DNA of 20,000 nucleotides from Perkinsus olseni (Eukaryota): NCBI GenBank assembly GCA_013115125.1, contig JABANN010000080.1, positions 58,729 to 78,728 of the forward strand, read 5' to 3'. Shown piece by piece: positions 1 to 8,804 of this stretch (position 1 is its first letter; each line of letters starts with the position of its first letter). The notes under the pieces were generated by a model. It saw only the letters and a program-made list of their open reading frames with translations, ran no database searches and was not told where the DNA came from. The position numbers and the translations under genes were made by a program.

Positions 1-1227
1 CGGTGTCGGTGCTGGGAATTGAACCTGCGCATGAAGTGCTCGACATGTGTGCGGCACCCGGGAGTAAGACGCTGCAGGCCCTCGACGTGATAGAACAGGG
101 AAGGGGGATGGTGGTGGCGAATGAGTTGAGTACGAGAAGGGCTCACATACTGTGTGGGAGGGTCGGGGAGTCTGAAGGCTTTATGGTCATCAACCACAAG
201 GCACAGTTGATACCGAAGAAACATAAGTTCGATCGGGTTATTTGTGACGTGCCGTGTTCGGGCGACGGGACTTTCCGGAAGTATCCGGTGAAGTGGAAAC
301 ATTGGGATCCGTCGTTGGGGAGAAGGCTGCATCACACGCAAATACAGGTAGCAACCTGACATTTTTTGTATCTTGCATGGTCAACCTCTGGATACGCTTC
401 CTCTCAGATAGCCTTGCGCGCCTTCGCCCTGCTCAAGGTGGGTGGTCGAATGTCCTACTCGACCTGCAGTGTTAATCCACTCGAGAACGAGGCTGTCGTA
501 CAGGCCATCCTCAAGGCGGGTAAGAATTTCTGTCACTGCGCCACGAAATTATATCGTGAGAATTTCTCTCGCTGCGCCACGAAATTATTCAGCGGATAAA
601 CGAGTAGTTTATCTAGGTTAATTTCTGTCACTGCGCTACGAAATTATATCGTGAGAATTTCTGTCACTGCGCCACGAAATTATATCGTGTAGACTGCGCC
701 ACGAAACTACCTCTTATTTATTTGTGTCACTGCGTCACGAAATTACCTCCTAAGAAAGTTTGTCACTGCGCCACGAAGTTACCTCGTCCTTGTCAGTATC
801 CCCACATGGTCGACTGGTTCACGTGAAGCTGCCGGGCTTTCGAACGTACCCGGGCCTCAACCATTGGCAAGTCGTGGAGGAGAGGGAGGACTCTCCTGAG
901 GTCTTCCACTGTGAGGCCATATCCCATCGTGATTCCAAGAAGGAGTGGTATCGGCCCAGTATGTGGCCCTCTGGCTCCTTCGACCTGTCCCCCTGCTTGA
1001 GAGTGTATCCTCATCTCAACAACACCGGTGGCTTCTTCACGGCTGTTATTGAGAAAACTGGGGAGCCTTGGGACGATCAGTCGACCGCTGAGCCCGCCGA
1101 GAACGATCAGACGGAAGGAATTTCGCGGCGCGTGACGGTGAAGGTGCGAAAGTCTTTGTCTAAGTTGGCCGACAAGAGACTGTATAATATCATACGGGCC
1201 GGCAAGAAGCGGAGCAGTCGTCAATGA
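1..1227 (+). CDS. NSUN2: RNA cytosine-C5 methyltransferase, NSUN2/Trm4-like (5' end outside window); exons <1-347, 408-519, 797-1227
   Basis: Motifs [39 protein letters not shown] and [17 protein letters not shown] introns 348-407 and 520-796 join the frames exactly. The 3' end is uncertain (possible extra donor near 1144). Confidence 0.92.
525..783. repeat. Degenerate tandem repeat (minisatellite), ~36-nt period, 7 copies, inside methyltransferase intron
   Basis: Core ctgcgccacgaa(a/g)tta, or a close variant, starts at 536, 572, 631, 667, 694, 730 and 766 (spacings 36, 59, 36, 27, 36, 36). The best unit is aatttctgtcactgcgccacgaaattatatcgtgag. Confidence 0.95.
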
Positions 1228-1348
1228 CCTCTCCTTACTGCAACACTCACGTCTTACCAATCATCGTGTGGTTGCGTTCTTCAGGGCGCGCGCTAAAGTG
1301 TCGGAAACATGAGTATTCGCCAGATTGTGGTCCATATATCTTTTTGTA

Positions 1349-3143
1349 ATGCCTTGCACCTGGGAGCAAGTACCTCGATTTGAGGTCTCCATCGACCCAT
1401 CCGACCCTCGGGTTTCTGACCATCTCGAAAGCCTTTGCCGTAGGAGCCTTTGCTCAGTACCACCTCCGTCATGATGGTGGTCAGGTGAATGTGTTCTGCG
1501 GTATAACGATGAAGCCACCCACTTGGCCGGGGCGGAAATCGAGGGCGTTCGAGCGAGGAAGACGCCGGTGGAAGTGACGAGAGTTACCGGAGGGATAACC
1601 AACTCCTTGTTCAAAGTGGAGTTTTGTGTTGGTGAGGTATGCTTGAAAAGTGCATGCTGCGGGGATCGAACCCGGGATCTCAGGACTCGGGGGCGTCACC
1701 GGCGAGCAACGCGCCTACGGACTCCACTGCTGAGAGTGCGTCCGGCTGCCCTGATAAAGAGGGCCCATCGGGTCGTCTGCCGGTGTGTCTTGTGCGAGTG
1801 TTCGGGGAGGCAGGCAGCTCGATTATTGATAGAAAAACGGAAAATAGAGTTTTCAACAACCTCAGCTCCATTGGCTTCGGCCCCGCCCTGCTGGGTATCT
1901 TTCGGTGAGCGCACTGCGAAGATTTTCCTTCTAAGGTCTTCGGATTCAGGAATGGTCGTGTTGAAGAGTTTCTCACGCAGCTGCGGCCACTCGGCCCGCT
2001 CGAGATGGTCACCGAGAAGTGGACACCGGCGATAGCGCGGCATTTACGGTATTTGGCGACGGTTGTTGTAAAGGGAATAGGGTCCGTAGGTACATGCACT
2101 CCCTCGAGCCAGCTGCTGCGCGGCGGCGGAGGGATGGCAACCAGCCGGACCTCTGGGACAGGATAAGGTCTTACGTCGCGAAGGGACGGGAGTTGTTGAA
2201 GTCGTCACCGGAGGATGAGGAGGATGACTTCATGACGATGCTCAGTACAGTGGAAGAGGAGGCTAAGTGGCTGCGGAGCACTATCGAGTCGCGCAAGAGT
2301 GTTAATGAGAGCTCGCTCGAGAAGGTGAGTGGGTTAGGGTTCAAGTCTGCGATGGTAGAGGTGGTGGGTTCGAATCTTCGGTGAGGTATTTTATGTTAGA
2401 TTGTCTTCTGCCACAACGATTTGCTCTCGGGTAACATATTGGTGCCCAAGGATGGTGACGGGCAGTCGTCGTTGAGGTTCATCGACTACGAGTATTGCGC
2501 TTTCAACCCTGCAGTTGCGGATATCGCCAACCACTTCGCTGCGGTAGTAGGCCAAGACCGCAGCCTCCTTCCCTCTGGCGTGGAGGCGGCCCCAATGACG
2601 TGGAAACCTTCTTGTGGGCGAGTGACTAGGTTGAATACTCATTCAGGAATCAAGCGGGCGCGGAATGATGGAGTTGGCTCGTCTTGGTTGGAGGTGCTTT
2701 GAGGGTTGTTCGTCCGTCCTCAGGTGGTAGAAAGCATGCTCATCGTTGAAAACGATTACAATGTGGCGAAGTACTTCCCCAGCAAAGACTTGCAGGTGAG
2801 CTCGAGGTCCCGGGTTCGATTCCCGGTGAGGGCATCCTCTCACAGTTGCTTTTCCTACGTAATTACCTCACAGAGAGGGAGTACAGCAGCCTTGATGAGT
2901 CCACCATGGTAAGCCTTCTCCCGAAAAGCTCCCCTCATCAATCGTCCTCAGTTGGAGTCGGTCCGACTGTACGCGATGGCGGCTGAGCTTCGTTGGTGCG
3001 CCTGGAGTGTCATACAGCACTTCGAGCAGGACAATAGCACCGAGGACGAGGACGATGACGATGCGTCGTTGTTTGATTACGAAAATTACGGGAAGGCAAG
3101 GCTACGAGGATATTTTGGCTTGAGGATGGGGAATGAATCCTGA
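1349..3143 (+). CDS. Choline/ethanolamine kinase, 422 aa; exons 1349-1439, 1485-1636, 1684-1904, 1950-2048, 2090-2324, 2400-2543, 2724-2795, 2846-2908, 2952-3143
   Basis: GGITN loop, LVRVFG..IIDR..E, NGRVEEF, Brenner motif FCHNDLLSGNIL, choline-kinase motif FIDYEY..N...DIANHF, W..WSVIQ and FDY..YG..R. All 8 introns are GT-AG and the exon phases sum to 1269 nt in an open frame. Confidence 0.95.
1646..1681 (-). pseudogene. tRNA 3'-half fragment (variable loop, T-arm, acceptor 3' strand, TTTT), antisense within kinase intron 2
   Basis: The minus strand reads GAGATC CCGGG TTCGATC CCCGC AGCATGC A CTTTT. This matches tRNA positions 43-73 with 4/5 T-stem pairs, ends in TGCA like tRNA-Gly, and is followed by an oligo-T. 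Confidence 0.6.
2328..2392 (+). pseudogene. Degenerate tRNA relic (D-loop to acceptor 3' strand plus TTTT) within kinase intron 5
   Basis: GGTTA...CT-GCG-AT...AGGTG GTGGG TTCGAAT CTTCG GTGAGGT A TTTT. Invariant bases (G18 G19, A21, C32 T33, R37, G53 T54 T55 C56 G57 A58, C61) fall at canonical spacing, but the stems are decayed and no 5' acceptor strand is present. Confidence 0.5.
2804..2834 (+). pseudogene. tRNA 3'-half fragment within kinase intron 7
   Basis: GAGGTC CCGGG TTCGATT CCCGG TGAGGGC A: a canonical AGGTC variable loop, perfect 5-bp T-stem, consensus T-loop/B-box, 7-nt acceptor strand and discriminator A. Confidence 0.7.
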
Positions 3144-4122
3144 TTATATTGGCTTTGGTGTGGTATGCAGGCAGACACATCAGGTGTCGGCGCTGCCAAA
3201 TTGAAACGCTTCCTTCCCCGGGGTTGTGTTGATTGTTGGTTAATAATTCGTAATTGGCAAATGCTCGTAGTGCTCACTGGCTAGATCATGATCCATTCGC
3301 TGAGGGAAAATTGGCAGTACAGAAGCGATCGAGCTCCATTCCGTGACCATCAAGCGAGATGGGCTTTGAAGAGTCTATCGAGGAAGGCCTTATCATCTGC
3401 GCATTCAGGGACCGACTACTGCCTTCAATGCCATGCATCATCAGCATATCCATCTTCAACTCGACGCCCATATCCATCATCCCGGTATCATATCTTCACA
3501 CCATCATCCGTCGAGTAGCGTGTCCTTGCTGACGCATCAGAAAAGCCTTGGACACGACTCGGGCCTCCATCATCCGCTGTGGAGGTGCGCAGACCATTCA
3601 CTCACTGGTGTTGAAAGCCCTTCGCTCGCTGGAATCCTGTGGCGCGTAGCCGCTCTCGTAACCTCGTAGTCGCTCGCATCAAGATCTTTGCGAATCATCC
3701 CTTTCTTGCAGGCCACGGCCTCGTCATCACCACCCGCGAGTTGTATATTTCCCGCCTCTCACCGACTTCCACCAAATAGCCCTCTCGACGCTGCCGTACC
3801 TTCAAACGTCCACCAAGATGTTCGCCTCCCCGCTGCATCTAGCTCAACCGCATGCTGATCGAGGCGGCCAGTTCGGCGAGGTCCTCGAGTACAGCTCCAT
3901 TGGCAAGTGGTCGTGTCTACTGCCCGCCTTGGACCACCGGAAGGTGCGGCGAGATTTCCTGTGATGATGATTTTTATCATCTCATTGAGGATCGCATGGT
4001 TGTGCTCAGTGTAAGCTCGAAGTGTCATGTTGTTCCCGAACAGGGTGAACGGGCTGCAAGGCTTTGAGTGATCCCTGAGGGAAGCCACATCCCGCAGCTT
4101 CTCCCTTCCATCGTGTCCTGCC

Positions 4123-5768
4123 ATGTGCCGCCAGCCAGGAGAAACAGCCATCCCTGATGAGGTGGAGGTATCCGCCGATGACGTATCTCCTCTCACTCGA
4201 GACCAAGTGGGCATGGACTGCGGCAGCCTAGCCTCGGGCTCATCATCACAACAGCAGGTCACTGCTGGCCTTGGCGGGCTCGGCATCACCCCCGTAGAGC
4301 CTGATCACCACGCCTACCTTTCATGCAGCATCGGGAATCTCTCACTCACTAACCTCGACCCGGTACGGCCGTCAGTGGAGCTGTGTGGAAGCAGCCTCTT
4401 GTCAGGTGTTGAGAGGCTACCGTCATCTGCAGGTGGTGGATGTGAGCCACAACAGACTCAGGAGGCTCGATTCCCTGTATGGCTGCTCGATCTGTGATTA
4501 GCCAGCTTCAACCTTAGATCCGCTATGCCCTTCCTACGAGTACTCAATGCTTCTCATAACCTTTTGCGCAGGGCGGACTGTCTTGCGCTCTCTCGTTCGT
4601 TAGAGCAGGTGGATATGAGCTACAACGAGATCCGTGAGAGCGACCTGTTTCATCCGTCGCAAGCTTCAACCTAAGATTCCTTCAGGGGAGCTCGGTGACT
4701 GGTCCAACTGTCGGTCTTCTCTCCGGGAACTGCGCCTACGCGGGAACGCTATCAAGCACATCCCAGCCTACGGGTTGAAGCGCACTCAGCATCTGTAAGT
4801 GAACACATCGTGACGGCCGACCACCGCTACTACTTCGGTAGGGAACTGCTAGACTTGTCCGAGAACCAAATCACCACCATCGAGAACATAGCCCACCTTC
4901 CCGAGCTCGCTGTCCTCGAGCTCGCACATAATCAGATCTCGTCCCTGCACGGCTTGGACGGGCTCAACAGGCTGCGCGAATTGGATGTCTCGAACAACTT
5001 TGTGGAGGCGAGCCGAGGCCCTGCACTTCCGCCTCGGACGTCTCTGTTGCAGAGTCTCCAAGGGTTGAGCTCATGGACTTGCACCAACCTGGCCAAGCTG
5101 GTCGTATCCAATAACCAGCTCGCTGACCTGGATATTAACATCGAGGTTGGCCGCAGCAACGGCGTGGCTGCTGCTTCCCCGTGATTAACATTCCGACAGA
5201 TACTCCAGCGAGGGTTCACTAACCTGGCGGAACTGTGCGTCTCAGGCAACCCGATAGAGCAATTGCCGTGCGTTACCACTCTGCCCTACACAGTCCATCA
5301 TCATCATCATCATCGCGACTATCTTTCAGATCAGTAAAGTTGAGGGTCATATACCGCCTGACTAGTCTAGCCCGGGTCGATGGTGACGACGTCACAGCTG
5401 AGGTGAATTCAGCGGGGCTGAAGATTCTGAGCATCATTTCATCATTTGGGGTACATGCGCCCCTCGTTGCGATAAGACCGGCGAGAGCCTCCACGAAGGA
5501 GACCAGTACGTGATGATGATCCGCTGCTCTTCTCGTCAGGATCGGGTCGATTCAGAGACCCTCCACGGAGATCTACTAGAGTCGGAGAGAGCAGCGTGGA
5601 CGACGTAGGCCTACGCTCGTCCGAGTAGTGATAGCTTCATCAAGGTCCATGGCTGCAGTATGTGCAGAGGGGTACCCAAGGCCGGATTTCGAGGATCACC
5701 GCGTTGCAACCATTGAAGATCTCCGACGAGCTGAAGTCAGCGGTGCTTCATCCAGTGCTTGCTCTTGA
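4123..5768 (+). CDS. SDS22-type leucine-rich repeat protein, LRGUK/LRRC23-like; no guanylate kinase domain seen; 5' start uncertain
   Basis: The spliced product reads LTRDQVTAGLGGLG..HAYLSCSIGNLSLTNLDPVLRGYRHLQVVDVSHNRL..LSAMPFLRVLNASHNLL..LELLDLSENQITTIENI..ELCVSGNPI..LRVIYRLTSLARVDG (LRRcap). Introns: 4207-4257, 4363-4405, 4477-4517, 4634-4685, 4795-4840, 5008-5052 (GC-AG), 5146-5199, 5268-5329, 5403-5539, 5605-5644. More exons may lie in 3288-4120. Confidence 0.85.
5296..5313. repeat. (CAT)6 microsatellite in intron
   Basis: catcatcatcatcatcat inside intron 5268-5329. Confidence 0.9.
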
Positions 5769-6156
5769 ATGAGCCCGGGTAAACGGGATGAGCTCAGCAT
5801 GAGCGGTCGTGAGGATTTGTGTCGTGTCCTTGTCGTAGTGTTGTGAATAGAGTGCGGAGGAGTACTAATAATAGATGATCTACAAGCAGACTACTTAGAT
5901 GGGGGGCTCGGATAGTCAGTGCCTCTCGATTCACGAGTCTTGAGACGAGCGGTATGAACTGCGGAAAATCCCGATGACATTTCCGCAACGTGGTGCCGTA
6001 TCACTGATGCGGGTCCACACCTATGGAACCTCAGCTCAGCTTGACGCTGCTGAATGACTTTATCAGCGTAGCTGAAGATGGAATCTCAAGAGTCCAACAA
6101 CCATATACCTCCCGAGTGCCTAGTGGTTAACACCCTGGACGAATGGTATTTTTGCG

Positions 6157-6546
6157 GGCTGCTGAGCAGCCTTGCCTGGCGTGGACAAACTGAATCCGTT
6201 AGTTCGCATCAGTTGAACTGATGGAGTGGCTCGGGGTAATGGTTCAGTGATTAATGATCACTGAAACCGGTAAGTGATTAGGGTCGTTAGTAACGACCTC
6301 AATGGAGTCGACGGACGACTCGTTACCGCGTTGCCACCCCAACCCACGGATTTCCTGTATGCAAGACGAAGCTAGTCACTCCAGTACATGAAGTTCTGTG
6401 GTCCACACGACAGAGCTAGGTTGTTGCGTTCTCCCATTTGATTCCACACGGTGTGGAATCAAATCTTTCGCTACCTACTGTTGTTAGATCCGTAGTTGAG
6501 TCAACTGCGGATCTAACAACTAAGTTGGTCAACTCAGTTGACGAAC
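6157..6546. repeat. Cluster of short inverted repeats with 1-nt spacers
   Basis: ggctgct-G-agcagcc 6157-6171; catcagtt-G-aactgatg 6207-6223; ttcagtgatta-A-tgatcactgaa 6243-6265; ggtcgtta-G-taacgacc 6282-6298; tttgattccacac-G-gtgtggaatcaaa 6437-6463; 20-bp arms around G at 6480-6520; gtcaact-C-agttgac 6528-6542. Confidence 0.95.
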
Positions 6547-6863
6547 ACAACCTCTCCGACTGGATGAATGGAGCTTAATTAGTACGACCGACTCGGCCTA
6601 CAGGTCCGACGCTTTCAGATAGTATGCGAGTATCTTGGCGAGCGGTAATGCAACAATAAGAACACACAAAGAATAGTATCAAATGGTCATATACTCGCAT
6701 CGCCATACCCGACATGTCTTATAATAACATTTTTATCGTCAATGACGATTCGTCATCAGTGATTCACCTCAGCTCCAACGTAGCTTCTGATCGGAGTAGG
6801 ATAGGCTGAGAAGGATAAACATCGCACTTGGTGATAACCAAAGTCTCGATCATTGAACTCCGC

Positions 6864-7747
6864 ATGTCACATGATACCGACCAGCTCCCGTCGAGTGAGG
6901 AGAATAGCAATGAGGAGGACGCACCATCTCCCGTTAAGTCTAACGGAGAGGTCCTAGGAGCTCCCAGGAGGCGGAGGACAGTGAAGTTCTCGGGAAGCGG
7001 GAGTGAGCTAGCTGCGGCGCTGGTATGTTCGTCGACACGATTTCAGGCGATGCTGGCAGCGAGGGGCGAAGGCGGAACACTTCGAGTGAGGTGAATCGTT
7101 CAGAAATAACCGGCGAGAGCTTAATGGTTCAGAGAAAAGGAGTACCACGTCGTCTGTGAGAAGAGAGAGGAACTCAAAGACTACTATGAAATCACAGTCC
7201 CCAGAATGTGAGGGAGGGCTGTTGCCGTTGTCATCATGCCATACATCGTCAGACGTGACTCGCCAGGAGCAGGAGGAAGCCGAGGTGGAACTCGAAGCTC
7301 GGCATGGGAGGTGAGTGATTGTGACTGGATTGCGTGACGACCGTCATACAGCGGACACAACCAGCAAGGCGCTATCCCCCTCGGTTTGAGTGATGATGAT
7401 GATGACGAGGAGGGAGATACTGGCAGTGAGAGCAGTCTTTCGGAAGTGTTGCCCATCCTGCGCAGCCTGAATGCAGCGATCGCCCCTTAGGAGGAAGCGA
7501 GCCGCCCATCCACCACAGCGACTCGACGGAGCGTTTCTAGTCCGGCAACTGATGGTATGTGAGAGCTCCGTTAAGCGAGTGAAGTGACCTGTTAGATGGC
7601 AGTGGGCCCCACCGTTCCCGGGGTAGGAGAGCGTACACTTCGAGAGGAGGCCACAGCCGTGCTTCCATCATGGCGGGCACTTCTACGATGGGCAGTCGTG
7701 CCAAATTGCAGCGACCTAGCCTCAAGCCCGGCTCAGGTGGGGAATAG
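6864..7747 (+). CDS. Hypothetical low-complexity S/E/D/R-rich (probably disordered) protein, multi-exon
   Basis: ATG at 6864. A chain of short GT-AG introns (e.g. 7003-7046, 7086-7132, 7446-7490) keeps an open frame: MSHDTDQ..RRRTVKFSG..EQEEAEVELEA..SDDDDDEEGD..EEASRPS. No recognisable domain. Confidence 0.65.
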
Positions 7748-7814
7748 ATAAATGGTTGCGGCGCACTGCATGCATCATATTTACAATTGAACTGTGTGGT
7801 CGCTACATAGCTTC

Positions 7815-8199
7815 ATGATGAAGCCTTCTCCCCGCTGCTAGTCGAATAGCGGTGCATCGTTTAGCGGTAGGATGTACACGCTTATGTTTGCCCGTAGAAG
7901 GAGAGGACGGAGAAGTCGAGGAGGCCTGAGGACTGCCTCTCCAGGTAATCGAACTCAACGGCAGCCATTTAACCATAGATAAAAGAGGGGCAAGTGGGAC
8001 TATAAACACACGGAAAGAGTCGTAAGGCCCCAAGCCGACATACTAAACACTCAGCAGACAACGAAGAACGACTGTACTACCAAGATTACCCAAACTTCGC
8101 AGGTATGGTTGGCGTGAGTGAGTAGACTTTCCCAAATCGCCACTCAGTAGACCGCTTGCTGGAAGCTACAGGGAGGCCTTCGCCTCTTCCACTCTATGA
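7815..8199 (+). CDS. Short basic exon chain; either a continuation of the 6864 gene or a separate small gene
   Basis: Four ~36-46 nt GT-AG introns join MMKPSPAASRIA/KERTEKSRRPEDCLS/RGASGTINTRKES/QRRTTVLPRLPKLR/SRPLAGSYREAFASSTL*. The phase link to the upstream gene could not be resolved. Confidence 0.45.
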
Positions 8200-8244
8200 C
8201 TAGTCTGATCTTCTGCAGATTGTATCGTTCGGATTGTAGGGTTT

Positions 8245-8659
8245 CTAAGCTTCTGATTGTAGGGTCGCCAGAGTCCCTTTCCACAGCGACTTCTCCATCT
8301 CTGACAACCCCTCGGGCGGAGGTACTCTCACTACTGCAGCCGCGATGAAGGCTGGCGATAGGCGCGATACGGCTCTCACAGTCGATACCTTCAACTCTTC
8401 AAATGGTCGCGACAACAGTTGTCGGACAACTACATCATCTTTGCAAACCAGCGACACCACTTGCGAAATCTCGGACAAATCAGTGATTTAAAATCACTCT
8501 CTGCTGCCTGAGCGGGCTGCTCTTCTGGACCAGAAGTTCTGGTTCGGACGCGGAGGCGAATAATGGGGAATTTACAAAACTGACGCAGAACGCTCCGGCG
8601 CGGCGAACACACCCTCAATCACAGACGGCTACCAGTTGTGCGCACGACTCCTGCGCCAT
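8245..8659 (-). CDS. Small hypothetical protein, convergent with the upstream + gene
   Basis: ATG at 8659 (MAQESCAQL). Two plausible short introns join the frames FCKFPIIRLRVRT..AE/MVSLVCKDDVVVRQLLSRPFEELK..EGLSEMEKSLWKGTLATLQSEA*. Confidence 0.45.
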
Positions 8660-8705
8660 AGTGAATTCCTGGGTCAGGTCACCCTGGCTAAACATAGAAA
8701 CTAAT

Positions 8706-8804
8706 GAATCGTCGATTTAAAATCGAAGTATCGTCGTAGGACTACAAGTTTAACTAGACTCTAGTACAACTTGTTGTCCTACCGTAGGACTCCTACGACG
8801 ATTC
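8706..8804. repeat. Nested/overlapping palindromes between divergent genes
   Basis: A 47-nt quasi-palindrome 8736-8782 centred on C8759; gtcctac-C-gtaggac 8776-8790; gtagga-C-tcctac 8784-8796; atcgtcgtagga 8730-8741 / tcctacgacgat 8791-8802; tcgattt-A-aaatcga 8712-8726. Confidence 0.9.

Noticed and set aside
525-783. CRISPR array
   Set aside because: The repeats are degenerate, the inter-repeat sequences are mostly ~9-11 nt and repeat each other, there are no cas genes, and the array lies in a spliceosomal intron.
1905-1949. Fourth tRNA-like intron (Phe-like gagcg..gaagat..ctaaggtc)
   Set aside because: No intact T-loop; better explained as a simple 10-bp hairpin.
793-2099. Long minus-strand ORFs (793-1260, 1261-1614, 1680-2099)
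   Set aside because: Antisense shadows of well-supported + strand exons.
525-2834. Split tRNA assembled from the intronic 5'-like and 3'-like halves
   Set aside because: The acceptor strands do not complement (AATTTCG versus AGCATGC, GTGAGGT, TGAGGGC), and there are no complementary leader/trailer sequences.
3288-4067. His-rich and other short ORFs upstream of the LRR gene
   Set aside because: Splice-like signals exist, but I could not build a unique open exon chain; may be LRR 5' exons or UTR.
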